Assembly (NCBI GenBank): GCA_009777625.1 | Contig: WRLL01000002.1 | Coordinates: 563 to 64,562 of the forward strand | Source of the DNA: Candidatus Saccharimonadota bacterium | GTDB taxonomy: Bacteria > Patescibacteriota > Saccharimonadia > Saccharimonadales > Saccharimonadaceae | DNA: 64,000 bases | Reading direction: 5' to 3' | Shown: one piece after another, positions 19,091 through 29,100 of the stretch | Position numbering within the stretch: the stretch's first letter is position 1 | Layout of the letters: every line of letters begins with the position of its first letter | The notes under the pieces: generated by a model | Database searches by the model: none | Seen by the model: only the letters and a program-made list of their open reading frames with translations | Told to the model about the DNA's origin: nothing | Position numbers and translations under genes: made by a program

Positions 19091-19281
19091 CCGAAACCCA
19101 AGCCTATAACATCACACAAACGGCTGCCAAAACGGTGGCGTAAGCCCAGCAAAATTCTTCTCAGGAAATTTGAAAACTCGGCTTCGCCTCAAACACTTCA
19201 AATTCCTTGATGAAGAATTTCACTAGCCTTACCCAGTTCTGTCAGAGTGTTTGCTTAGATGTTATAAGCTTGGGTTTCTGG
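19091..19281. repeat. ~190-bp imperfect palindrome (long hairpin) in a convergent intergenic spacer
   Basis: Outer arms CCGAAACCCAAGCCTATAACATC (19091-19113) and GATGTTATAAGCTTGGGTTTCTGG (19258-19281). Inner arms GGAAATTTGAA (19164-19174) and TTCAAATTCC (19197-19206). The middle of the stem is imperfect. Confidence 0.6.
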
Positions 19282-19295
19282 CTTGCCTAAGAGTT

Positions 19296-20345
19296 TTACG
19301 CCAATTCTTTCTTCAACTGCTCAACCAATTCAACCGGAGTCGGATTAACGCCGTTCAGGATCCCCAGGTAAATTGATGTGAAATCGGCCATTATGATGCC
19401 AGTTAGCATCTGGCCCAGCACACTGTCGCCGCGCAGCCAGACTTCGTGGGTGGCTGGCCGGCGGCCGCTGAGCAGCTTCTCTGTTAATTCGAATCTTTTG
19501 CCGATGCGTGGGTGGTCAAATTGCGAGCGCAGGTCAATGATCGCGAATGGCTTTTCGATCGGGTGCGATGCCCAACCCATAAACTCATTGTGGCTGAACT
19601 CTGGGAATTCGTCCATCCAAGAGGTGTTTTTGGCATTTTCGTTAAAACCAATCTTCCATTTATATGCTAATGGTGCAAACAGGCTTGACGCATAAACAAT
19701 CGGCGTTTTACCGGCGCACTGCAAGGCTAATTGCTTGGCGGGATTTTCGACAGTTGGTACATCGACGGCAACCGATGCGACCATGTCGCTGATTGGTCCA
19801 ACCAAATCGGCGATCTCGTCATAAGCGTTCAAAGTAATGCCGTGCTGGGCCAGGATTTTAGTTATGGCACGCAAGTGCATGATAACACCGTAACGCGGCT
19901 GACTGATCTTTGCCAGTTCGACGTATGGTAGATTGTGCTCCTGGGCGTGCTCCAATAGTTTGCCGCCACTGGCGACGATGGCGACGTGAGCGCCCTTGAT
20001 CTGGGCGTCTTCTAGTGCAGCCAGTGTTTCCTCGGTGTTGCCGCTGACGCTGAAGCAGATCACTAACGTATCGCTGTTAACATAGTTCGGCAAAGTATAG
20101 TCGCGAACTACTTCGAATGACTGAGATAGATCGTGCTGGTAATCGAGCCACTTTTTGGCTATCGATCCAGCCAAGGCCGAACCGCCCATGCCGGCCAGGA
20201 CTATCTGGCCAGGTGCGAAAACATCATCGCCGACTTGTTCCAGGACTGCTTCCCATGCGGCTTGATTGGCTGCTTCGGCGATGACACCGAGCGCGTCCTG
20301 GGGATCGCGCTGTCTAATTACGTTTAAATCTTCTAAAATTTCCAT
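19296..20345 (-). CDS. bifunctional phosphoglucose/phosphomannose isomerase (SIS-domain, archaeal-type PGI/PMI)
   Basis: 349 aa. SIS motif LAGMGGSALAG, a second SIS region CFSVSGNTEET and a C-terminal PGI/PMI-type domain. Confidence 0.8.
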   Translation of the reverse strand: MEILEDLNVIRQRDPQDALGVIAEAANQAAWEAVLEQVGDDVFAPGQIVLAGMGGSALAGSIAKKWLDYQHDLSQSFEVVRDYTLPNYVNSDTLVICFSVSGNTEETLAALEDAQIKGAHVAIVASGGKLLEHAQEHNLPYVELAKISQPRYGVIMHLRAITKILAQHGITLNAYDEIADLVGPISDMVASVAVDVPTVENPAKQLALQCAGKTPIVYASSLFAPLAYKWKIGFNENAKNTSWMDEFPEFSHNEFMGWASHPIEKPFAIIDLRSQFDHPRIGKRFELTEKLLSGRRPATHEVWLRGDSVLGQMLTGIIMADFTSIYLGILNGVNPTPVELVEQLKKELA

Positions 20346-20428
20346 GATCCTTACCCCGCTCCTTTACAACTTTAAAATGGTTATGATACAATTGTAACAG
20401 AAAATAACTTTGCGGGAAGGTGGGCAAG

Positions 20429-20947
20429 ATGGATGGTGGTAACCAAAATTCGGTCAATGATGACGAGTTAAATCAGATGATAGCGAATTTGCAGGGTGGC
20501 CAGGCTATCCCGCCGGCCGATCCCAGTGCTCCGACTCCCCCACTCCCTGCTGCACCAGCTAATGCTGCGCTACCAGCTATTGACCCAGCGGCTGCCCCAC
20601 CGCCTATGCCGGTCGCGCCACAGCCGGCTCCAGCTACGGCTGTTCCACCGGTCACGGTCCCGGTTGTCGGAGCTCCGCCAACTGCCGCCGCGCCAGCTCT
20701 GAGCTCGGGTTTGGACGATATCAAGCATGATGCGTTGAATGAGCTGCGCCCACTGGTCAACAAACTAAATCTGCCGCCCGAGGACAAATTTGACACGTTG
20801 CTATTGATCATCCGTTCGACCGATGATGCGTCGCTGTTGCCGACCGCGCATATGGCCGCAAAAAGCATTCCTGATGAAACACGCCGGGCACAGGCGCTGT
20901 TGGATGTGATTAAGGAAATTGATTTCTTTGGGCAGCAAGGTAAATAG
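20429..20947 (+). CDS. hypothetical protein with Pro/Ala-rich centre and helical C-terminal domain
   Basis: ORF with GGAAGGTGGG upstream of ATG 20429. No recognisable motifs. Confidence 0.5.
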   Translation: MDGGNQNSVNDDELNQMIANLQGGQAIPPADPSAPTPPLPAAPANAALPAIDPAAAPPPMPVAPQPAPATAVPPVTVPVVGAPPTAAAPALSSGLDDIKHDALNELRPLVNKLNLPPEDKFDTLLLIIRSTDDASLLPTAHMAAKSIPDETRRAQALLDVIKEIDFFGQQGK

Positions 20948-21045
20948 TTCGAATTGTTAACTTCCCTTCCTTAGACTGAACACAATATTTATTTTTGTTT
21001 AAGTATCACTGACTTTTTCGTGCCAGTTTTTATTTCGAGGTTGAA

Positions 21046-21080
21046 CAAAAAAAGTGCTACAACACGCAAATCATAGCACT
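21046..21080 (-). terminator. rho-independent terminator of groEL
   Basis: AGTGCTA(21053-21059)...TAGCACT(21074-21080) hairpin. On the minus strand it is followed by T7 (A-run 21046-21052 on plus). Confidence 0.75.
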
Positions 21081-21100
21081 TTCGTATTGTGACGTAAGGT

Positions 21101-22726
21101 TTACATCATTCCACCCATGCCACCCATGTCTGGCATTGGCGCGGATTTTGGTTCGGGGATTTCAGCGATCAATGCGCCCATCGTGATCGATGTCGCGGCC
21201 AGGCTAACAGCGGTGGCGACGGCTTCGTGGGTGACTTTGGCCGGGTCGACGATACCGGACTTTTTCAAATCGACCAGTTTGCCGGTGAATTTCATGACAT
21301 CGACGCCCTGGCCAGCCGCGGCGGTTTGGACCTGAGCCAGCAAGGCTTCGGCGTTCAGGCCGGCGTTTTGCATCAGCTGACGGAACGGCGCCATCAAGGC
21401 ATTACGCAAGATTTCGGCGCCAGCGTCTTTACCGGAAATCTCGGCGGCCAGGTTGACCAGAGTTGCACCGCCGCCCGGCACGATTCCGCTCGTGAGCGCG
21501 GCTTTGACGGCGGCCACGGCGTCGTCGACGCGGTATTTCTTTTCCTCGATTTCGGTTTCGGTGGTGCCGCCGACTTTGATGACAGCGACTTTGCCGCCGA
21601 GCGATGCGGCGCGCTTTTCCATCTGTTCTTTGTCGTATTCGCTGGAGGCGGCTTCGGCCTGGGCCAGGATTTGCTTGACGCGCTCATTGACGTTTCGTTT
21701 GTCGCCGGCGCCTTCGATTATCGTGGTGTTATCTTTGCCAACGATGACTTTTCTTGCCGAACCCAAAACTTCTAAACCAACATTTTCAAAAGACAGGCCT
21801 TGGTCGTCGGTGATGACGGTCGCGCCGGTCAGAATGGCGATGTCTCGCAGGACGTCTTTTCTTCTATCACCAAATGAAGGCGCTTTGACGGCGACGGTGT
21901 TAAAGACGCCTTTCAATCGGTTAAGGATCAGAACGCCCAACGCTTCGCCTTCGACTTCGTCGGCGATCAGGACGACGTCTTTCTTACCAGCGGCGGCTAG
22001 CTTTTCCAAAATCGGCAGAAATTCCTGGACAGAAGAGATTTTCTTATCTGTTATCAGGATGGCCGGTTTGTCGTAGATGGCCTCCATGCGGGTGGTGTCG
22101 GTCGCCATGTAGGCTGAAACGTAGCCGCGGTCAAACGTGAAGCCTTCGGTGACTTCAGCTTCCATGTCCAGGCCCTGACCTTCTTCGACGCTGACGACGC
22201 CGTCGCGGCCGATTTTCTCAATGACATTGGCGATCAGTTTGCCGATTTCTGAATCACCTGCCGAGATTGTTGCGACTTCGGCGACGCGATCGTTCTTGCC
22301 GGTGATCGGCTCGGCGATTTTGGTTAAGGCCTTCAGCACCTCGTCGCCGGCTTTCTCGACGCCTTTGCGCAGCTCCATCGGGTTGTGACCGGCCGCGATC
22401 AGACGGTTGGCCTCTTTCAGAATCTCGTAAGTCAGCACGGTAACAGTGGTCGTGCCGTCGCCGGCGGCCTTGTTCATTTTCTTGGCGGCCTGTTTGATCA
22501 GGTCGGCGCCGATTTTTTCGCCCAGGTTATCCTCGGTTTCGGGTAGGTCGATCGCCTCGGCCACGGTCACGCCGTCGTGCGTCACGCTGGGGCCGCCGTA
22601 ACTTTTGCCGATGACGACGTTTCTTCCTTTTGGTCCCATGGTGGTTTTGACGGCGTCGGCCAGGACTTTAGCGCCGGCCAGGATGGCGGCGCGGGCTTCG
22701 TCGTCGTAGATTACTTTTTTTGCCAT
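21101..22726 (-). CDS. groEL: chaperonin GroEL
   Basis: 541 aa with the AAGDGTTTVTVL motif and a GGMGGMM C-terminus. Confidence 0.97.
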   Translation of the reverse strand: MAKKVIYDDEARAAILAGAKVLADAVKTTMGPKGRNVVIGKSYGGPSVTHDGVTVAEAIDLPETEDNLGEKIGADLIKQAAKKMNKAAGDGTTTVTVLTYEILKEANRLIAAGHNPMELRKGVEKAGDEVLKALTKIAEPITGKNDRVAEVATISAGDSEIGKLIANVIEKIGRDGVVSVEEGQGLDMEAEVTEGFTFDRGYVSAYMATDTTRMEAIYDKPAILITDKKISSVQEFLPILEKLAAAGKKDVVLIADEVEGEALGVLILNRLKGVFNTVAVKAPSFGDRRKDVLRDIAILTGATVITDDQGLSFENVGLEVLGSARKVIVGKDNTTIIEGAGDKRNVNERVKQILAQAEAASSEYDKEQMEKRAASLGGKVAVIKVGGTTETEIEEKKYRVDDAVAAVKAALTSGIVPGGGATLVNLAAEISGKDAGAEILRNALMAPFRQLMQNAGLNAEALLAQVQTAAAGQGVDVMKFTGKLVDLKKSGIVDPAKVTHEAVATAVSLAATSITMGALIAEIPEPKSAPMPDMGGMGGMM

Positions 22727-22756
22727 TGATGATTTCCTTTCATTAATTATCTCTAC

Positions 22757-22816
22757 TTGTCATTCCGAGCTTGTCGAGGAATCTACGCAGATCCTTCGGC
22801 AAGCTCAGGATGACAG
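22757..22816. repeat. double-hairpin palindromic element, copy E, inside the groES-groEL spacer
   Basis: TTGTCATTCCGAGCTTGTCGAGGAATCTACGCAGATCCTTCGGCAAGCTCAGGATGACAG. Confidence 0.75.
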
Positions 22817-22823
22817 TTGCTAG

Positions 22824-23093
22824 CTAAGCGACTATAGCTAGTACGTCTTCTTCTTTTACAATTAGATATTCGGTGCCGTCAACTTTGACGTCGGTTGTTG
22901 AGTATTCGCGGACTATGATGCGTTCACCTACTTTTACTTCTTTGACTTGCGCGCCGGCAGCAACGACTGTCGCGATTTGCGATTTTTCTTTGGCGTTGTC
23001 GGGCAGATACAACCCTGTTGCAGTTTTGGCCGCTGCTTCCTCGCGCGTGGCGACGATACGCTCACCAAGCGGTTTTATAGGAACTTTTGTCAT
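22824..23093 (-). CDS. groES: co-chaperonin GroES
   Basis: 89 aa with a GroES-type sequence (PLGERIV...GLYLPD...). AGGAGG SD upstream. Confidence 0.95.
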   Translation of the reverse strand: MTKVPIKPLGERIVATREEAAAKTATGLYLPDNAKEKSQIATVVAAGAQVKEVKVGERIIVREYSTTDVKVDGTEYLIVKEEDVLAIVA

Positions 23094-23143
23094 GTTTCCT
23101 CCTCTTATAAATCTTGACTACGACTTCTATTTTATCACAAAAG

Positions 23144-23170
23144 CTGGCACTCGCAAGACCCGAGTGCTAA
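23144..23170. promoter_or_regulatory. CIRCE operator (HrcA-type inverted repeat) in the groES leader
   Basis: CTGGCACTC-N9-GAGTGCTAA compared with the consensus TTAGCACTC-N9-GAGTGCTAA. It lies 51 nt upstream of the groES start. Confidence 0.8.
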
Positions 23171-23362
23171 CTGATTTACTTCTACCCTAACGACACGCTA
23201 AATATAATGTAAAGCCCTTTACTTTTTGCGGCAAATATGGTATATATATACCAAGCCACGTCATGCATAGCATGTCAAGGGTGACATGCGTTTCATGATG
23301 CCGAGCGTAAGCGCTCTGGTGTATATCAACTGATGGGCTACGTTCCCAGAGGAGAGACTGCC

Positions 23363-24250
23363 ATGACAAACCTACTTACACCACCACAAGCACCAGATCA
23401 AAATCCAAGGCAACGAACAGGAAGTGTTCCAGCACAATCAACCAGCGTAGAATCCATAACAACGGGTGCTAACCCGGCAGAATCGACTGATTATGAACCA
23501 AGAACTCCTAGGAAAGGGCACCGCGGACTTTGGCTTGGCGTCACTGCTGCAGCTGCAGTAGCTTTACTAACAGCTTCAGTGGCTGTTGCTGCTACGGCTG
23601 GACGCAACAGAAGCGATAACACTGGGCAGCAGGGCGAGGAACAATTCGATCCCGACGGAGGGAGTGATCCTGATGGCGATATTCTAAATCCAGGTGGGAA
23701 TGGAGGAGCCGGAGCTTGCGAACAGGTTACTATTATAGGAGAGATTGCGCCTGGTATTGTAGAGATTGATAATGGCGGCAAGAACATAGACGGTGTTCCA
23801 CAAAGAACATATCGGGTAAACATGGACAGCGAAAGTGTCCTAGAGATCAGTCTCCCCGTAGGCTACGATTACAGAGAGAAATATAGTGGCGATGCCAGTA
23901 ATGGTTTCGGTGTCGGTAGTGATGAAGGCGTGAGTTTCCAGTATAGAGGATCCGATAGTTCAGGCAACGCCGGGGTAGTTATATATTGGGCGCGAGAAGG
24001 AGATACGGGACCATCCGGAGATGATAGTTACGATTATATGTGGGGCGTGCCAAGCAGTGTAGGAGTTGAGGGTTTAGAACAAGGTTCTGCCAGGCAGTAT
24101 ATGATGCCAGACGAAAGTTCTGTGAATATTGATACAGCATTAATGGTTGGAGGCAGGGTTGCGCATGTTGGGCTAAATTATGGGAACCCAGACGAAGAAG
24201 CTGCTGCTGCAGTTGCAATGGCCTATGGTCTAAAGCTGGTTAAATGCTAA
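23363..24250 (+). CDS. hypothetical membrane-anchored protein (single TM, Gly/Asp-rich ectodomain)
   Basis: GAGGAGAG SD before ATG 23363. TM helix LWLGVTAAAAVALLTASVAVAATA. No recognisable domain. Confidence 0.55.
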   Translation: MTNLLTPPQAPDQNPRQRTGSVPAQSTSVESITTGANPAESTDYEPRTPRKGHRGLWLGVTAAAAVALLTASVAVAATAGRNRSDNTGQQGEEQFDPDGGSDPDGDILNPGGNGGAGACEQVTIIGEIAPGIVEIDNGGKNIDGVPQRTYRVNMDSESVLEISLPVGYDYREKYSGDASNGFGVGSDEGVSFQYRGSDSSGNAGVVIYWAREGDTGPSGDDSYDYMWGVPSSVGVEGLEQGSARQYMMPDESSVNIDTALMVGGRVAHVGLNYGNPDEEAAAAVAMAYGLKLVKC

Positions 24251-24337
24251 CACCCTTTCGTGCTATTGCGTACGTCATCTAACACTAGAAGGGCATCAAC
24301 TGTTAGTATAGTGTCAGACACTAACAACCTAGCCTGG

Positions 24338-24817
24338 CTATTCGATGCCTGTAATTACAAACTCCGGCGACGGCTGCTCGGGATCGGCATTCACCGTGAC
24401 ATGGTAACGAAACATATCGTTGACGGTCACATCAAACTGGTAATGCCACGCCTGCGGCGGGTCTGCCGGATTTACTTGTCCGTTATCCAGGGTCACAGTA
24501 TAGCCGCTTTCTCCTGGGCCGCCATCGGCCATAACTTTATCTCTTAGCAGGTCTCTCAGAAGGTCGGTATTGCTACTGCCAATCACACGAGCTACTTCGT
24601 TGCGGCTGGCAAATTCGAATTCAAAGAAACCAGATGGCGTCAGGGTGACTGTCGTGGTATCGTCCTGGTCGTCCGGAACTAGTTCTATGTCGTTGTCGAT
24701 GCGTCGATTCCCTATCATCGTGCTGATTATAATGGCAACAATAATGGCGACTATGATAATAGCACCGCTGATAATTAATACTCGCCTGCGGCGTTTAGTT
24801 TGGTTATCATCCTGCAT
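24338..24817 (-). CDS. bitopic exported protein (N-terminal TM + ~115-aa ectodomain), last gene of the T4SS-like operon
   Basis: The RRRRVLIISGAIIIVAIIVAIIISTMI anchor gives a VirB8/PrgL-like size and topology. No sequence motif supports this. Confidence 0.5.
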   Translation of the reverse strand: MQDDNQTKRRRRVLIISGAIIIVAIIVAIIISTMIGNRRIDNDIELVPDDQDDTTTVTLTPSGFFEFEFASRNEVARVIGSSNTDLLRDLLRDKVMADGGPGESGYTVTLDNGQVNPADPPQAWHYQFDVTVNDMFRYHVTVNADPEQPSPEFVITGIE

Positions 24818-24849
24818 GTGTTGCTCCTTTCAGTCTATTGCTAATACTA

Positions 24850-25638
24850 TTAACAGCCACCCGAACCGCCAGAACCATCAGTGGGGCCGGGTTTGACCGA
24901 TTGATCGGCGGCCCATTCGTATGTTAAGACGGTACCAGTTCCGTTGTACATGCCCTGCTTGATTTCCAAATAATCAAAGGCTACGGGTGGAAAACCGGAT
25001 ACTCGACCAGTATAGCCGGATGGTGTGCCAACTTGCGGGTTAGACCAACCTTGTTTTGGATCGTTATTGCTATAAGTGTCAACACCTGTCCATGGCGCAG
25101 GTCCAGCCTCGATTGCAGCAGCATAGATCGATTTACCGTTGTCTGGATTAGTCACCTTGACAATGCGTGGTGCTTCTCTCATCCATGCCAGATATGCAGG
25201 GCCGCCATCTGTCGTTGCCGACTTGCCATTCCAATACCAAGCCACATAACCCCAGCGCATCGTGATGTAATAGTCGCGGTATTCCTGCCCCAATGCTGCG
25301 AAGCCCGAGAATGTTACTTTCGGGCCACTAGGATTAGATATCAGGGCGCCATTCTCGAGCACGGCTTCTTCTAACCCTGCTTTGCCAGAAGTCGCTGGTA
25401 TTGCGAATGATATATCACTGCCTGATGTCGATGTGCTGCCGGGTATGCTACTCACGAGTGATGACAAACAGGCATTATCCGAGTAGAAAAAGATGTTGTT
25501 GGTCGCGTAAAAATCGTTTAGTGTCATGCTAGGCACAGGGGCAGCGTGTGTCACGGAAACGCCCAGGAACGACAAAATCAAGGCCATGGCTGGCAGCCAC
25601 AGGCCTACCAGACGTTTTGGTGCGTGTTGGCGACTCAT
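24850..25638 (-). CDS. secreted protein, possible RlpA/DPBB-like (lytic transglycosylase-type) fold
   Basis: Signal peptide ending VTHAAP. VKVTNPDNGKSIYAAAIEAGP resembles the RlpA V.V.N..NGKS...V.DRGP strand region (weak). The start overlaps the upstream stop (ATGA). Confidence 0.5.
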   Translation of the reverse strand: MSRQHAPKRLVGLWLPAMALILSFLGVSVTHAAPVPSMTLNDFYATNNIFFYSDNACLSSLVSSIPGSTSTSGSDISFAIPATSGKAGLEEAVLENGALISNPSGPKVTFSGFAALGQEYRDYYITMRWGYVAWYWNGKSATTDGGPAYLAWMREAPRIVKVTNPDNGKSIYAAAIEAGPAPWTGVDTYSNNDPKQGWSNPQVGTPSGYTGRVSGFPPVAFDYLEIKQGMYNGTGTVLTYEWAADQSVKPGPTDGSGGSGGC

Positions 25639-26117
25639 AATTCTACCTCTGGTGGCGGCAAATTAGTACACTCAAATGCATCATAGATCAGCTGGCTAAC
25701 GTCGGGGCAAGTTATTAAAATAGTGCCATCACCCAGGACAGACCGGCTATCATTTAGCCAGTTGTCGAGCATCTGGTATGTCTGCTCGAGGCTGGGAATG
25801 TCAATAATGAAAAACGTAACATAGGTGCTCAGGTCATCGTTGTAGCTCTGTAAATAGGAACCATCACGAATGGCAGCGTCTTTTGCGTAGCGTCCTTCGG
25901 CCAACCCATTTTGCTGTAGCATCAGAGTTAAGGTCTGTTCGATAACCACGCGTCGGCTGTTTGGCAAGTTCCCGACATACTGATCGAAGTTGGTTATGAC
26001 TGACCTGGGGGTACCGTCAGAATTAGACAGCAGCGGCGTGAATGCCAGACCAATTATTACTATCACCAATGTGGTTACGACTATGATTACGCGTTTGCGC
26101 CAAGCCTTATATTCCAT
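25635..26117 (-). CDS. bitopic exported protein (N-terminal TM + ~125-aa ectodomain)
   Basis: RVIIVVTTLVIVIIGLAFTPLL anchor. GGAG SD upstream. Size and topology are VirB8-like. No motif evidence. Confidence 0.5.
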   Translation of the reverse strand: MEYKAWRKRVIIVVTTLVIVIIGLAFTPLLSNSDGTPRSVITNFDQYVGNLPNSRRVVIEQTLTLMLQQNGLAEGRYAKDAAIRDGSYLQSYNDDLSTYVTFFIIDIPSLEQTYQMLDNWLNDSRSVLGDGTILITCPDVSQLIYDAFECTNLPPPEVEL

Positions 26118-26164
26118 GGGTGCTCCTTGCCTTGTTATACTTCTGTCTAGATATCATAATCATT

Positions 26165-29100
26165 TTACCATCCAGTAGTCGACCAGTGCCACGGCTCTGC
26201 AAGACGTGGTGGTGTGTCCAGATTAATCAAGCCATATCTTGCAGCGTTGGCCGCCAGCCACTTAAACCCATCACTGTTTTTGTTGCTGCCAAAGTTGAAG
26301 TCTATAGCGCCGCCACCTTCGTGTTGGGAAGTGCCCGGAGTAGCGACCGGCGGGCTGCATCCGGGGCAGCCTCTGGATTTGTACAAGTTCGTCTGCGTTT
26401 CGTTGGAACGCCAGCCAGTGCCGTTCAGCCTAATTCCGGCTGTCGTCCAGGCGTCGTCAATCATCTGGGCAACATTGCCGGAAATAAGCGAGTTAACAGT
26501 AATAGTGGTGTTATTGACTGTACAGATCTTGAAGGTAACACCCCCACTAAGGCCTAGAGACGGTATGCTAAATTCCCGGTTGTTATAGGATTCTATAAAT
26601 TCTGTTGTCCCTGTAGCGCAAGGTATACTAGAATAATCCATGCCTGGGGTCAGGGTCCAGCCCCTACCGTGCTGGGTAACATTATCCGGGGTGGCAATGG
26701 TTAGAGACGAACCTGCGCTGCCGTCATCGTTTGGCTCCTCGTCCATCGAATCAAGGATGCGTTTGTAGATTAGATAGTTGTAAAACACGACGTTCTCGGA
26801 GACACCATTGATAGCGGCGACTTGATCGGTGCTGGCAACCAGTTGACCACGGCTATCCAGTGTTTCATGCGCCATGGCGATAGTTGGGCCGGCACTACCT
26901 GAGGCAAAGTCGGTGTCCTGCATACACCTGACACCATCGCCGACGTCTGCTTGGCCCTCCAGGGACTCGGTGCCTATCGGGACTCCGCGGTCAACACACT
27001 TTTCGATAAATTCAGAGAAAACAGTGCCGGCGACCGGATCACCCTCGGCGTCAATGAGATTATTGTCTTCCATGTATGCTACTGTTTGCCCTAAATCAGT
27101 CGTCGTTGTCAGACCATAGGTCGGTATACCCAAGTAGTCACAGCCAACACCGGCGGCTTCGTAGTCTAAATCGGCGCACTTAAAGTAGTCAGAAGAGATT
27201 TCTTCGGCGGAAGCTCTGGGGCCGGCTAACGCGCCACGAAAAGCTGTGCCGATCAGCCCGTACGTCTTGGCAAAGAACGCTGGGATACTGTTAGTTGCTC
27301 CATCCATATGGACTGACATATTGCCAGCAAACGATCCAAGTGGTGTGTAAGGATTCCTTACGTCGTACCAATTGGCACCGATGCGCTCTTCTGCGGCATA
27401 GGCCAGCGCGAGCCCGCGAGTCTGATTGGCTTGGTTAACGGCTTGCTGCGGACTGAGTGGCGCACAGCCGCCTGCCTGACAGGCTTCCTTAAACATGCTG
27501 CTTGCCCCGACCGCCCAAGCGTCGCCAGCCTGCTCGCCTAGTGTATCATCATCGATCACTACACCAGCTGCTATGTCTGTCAGCACACCGGGCAGTATGG
27601 CCACGATGGCCTCGAAACCAAGATTGCCAACTATATTTGTCCAGAAACGTTTGTTTTTGAGTAGTCCTTTGTTGAACATCTGTCTGAATTGTTGCTTGAT
27701 AGCTGCCTTTACGGCCTGCTGAAAGGCTATTTGGCCGCTTTTTAGGACGGCATTACCAGTGCCGGCTGTAAAGATGCCTACTACGACATTTATAGTTATA
27801 CCGATTGCAGCATCGGCAATTTGGAAGGCTATACTGCGGACCTTCTTGCAATCCGATGCGAGATTGTGCTCACCTATTTTACTGGCACCTTGGTTGATGC
27901 CAGCCAACATAGCGCCCCATATACTACCCCCCAGTGACCCCATAAAGTTCATCATCGACTCGCTGGGTGGCATGCGGTCGCCAAACAATACATATTTCAT
28001 GCCGACGCCATCAGTTGCGGCGCCCTGCACGATGTCGCCCTTTTTGATGTCGGCCAATATGGTACCATCCGTGTCTTTGATCACCTCGTCAGAGGCTGCT
28101 CTGAGTACCGTGGTCAACGTATTACCCAGGAATTCGCCCTGGGCTGGCGTGGCCTTACCAAGTCGCATAGCATCAGCTGCGCTCATAAACGCCATGGCGT
28201 AGCGGATCAACTGGATATTACGCACCATTTTTATACCGACACCGACTGCACGAACTGCATTATACAGACCGCAAACATAATTTAGGGTGCCGCCAGTGAC
28301 GTTCACGAATCCAGCTATTTTCTGGAGGTTGCTTTCGGACATGCCGCTGACTGCCGCTGTGACGGCGCGTTTGCCAGACGATGCGGCTTCTTCGGCACCG
28401 CTGGCAATGGCAGAGGTAGACCGGTTCATTTCTTCGACTTGCGCAGTCAGGCTGGCTCTATCATCCCAAGATTTCGTAATCGGCTTGCCATCATCACCTA
28501 ACACGGGCCTGTCGTTTTGGTCGACAATCTGCTGTGTACCGTTTTGGTTATCCGGATCCACTGGTGCAACCCTAAAGCTACTCTGCCCGGGTGCAACGCC
28601 ATCATTGACAGCTGACCTCAGCTTACTCTTCATTTCCTCTGCGTCGCCAGTTTCAGGCAAAGGTGGCCTTTTGCTGGCCTTAGCCTTGGCTACCACGCGG
28701 CTGAATGTGCGGTCGGTAAAACCGGCAAATTTGGGGTCGTAGCCGGCTTTGCGGAATGCCTTGCTGACTGCTGGGTCTGTTGCCATTGCTTTCTGAATAG
28801 TGGTTGCATCGTATACCATTACACCATTGAGCGGTTTGACGTTGTCTGGTAGCTGTATAGAGTGCACTGACTGACGGCCGCTGCCTGGGCTAATCGGGTG
28901 GCCCCCACTATCGAAGAGCTTGAACCCAGCTTTGTCTAGTCGTTTAACCATGCGCGCAGGCATTTTCTTGAATTTACAGGTCGCGCTGACTGCTGTGCAA
29001 ACTTGGCCGGACAGACTCTGACGCCAAACATGCCCTGAATTATTTTTCATAGGCCACCACTGGACGTTCATTATACCACCGCTCATCGCACCTGTTAGCC

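Noticed and set aside
21117-22076. Several 70-207-aa ORFs antisense to or overlapping groEL (21117-21335, 21227-21775, 21394-21687, 21453-22076).
   Set aside because: They lie entirely within the well-supported groEL CDS. They have low-complexity Ala/Gly/Arg/Pro-rich translations typical of shadow frames in GC-rich coding DNA, and none has an SD or promoter.
23238-23251. Perfect 14-bp palindrome GGTATATATATACC between groES and the 23363 gene, as a possible operator.
   Set aside because: It is a single occurrence in AT-rich promoter DNA and could simply be overlapping -10-like sequence. There is no partner site and no adjacent regulator gene to support a call.
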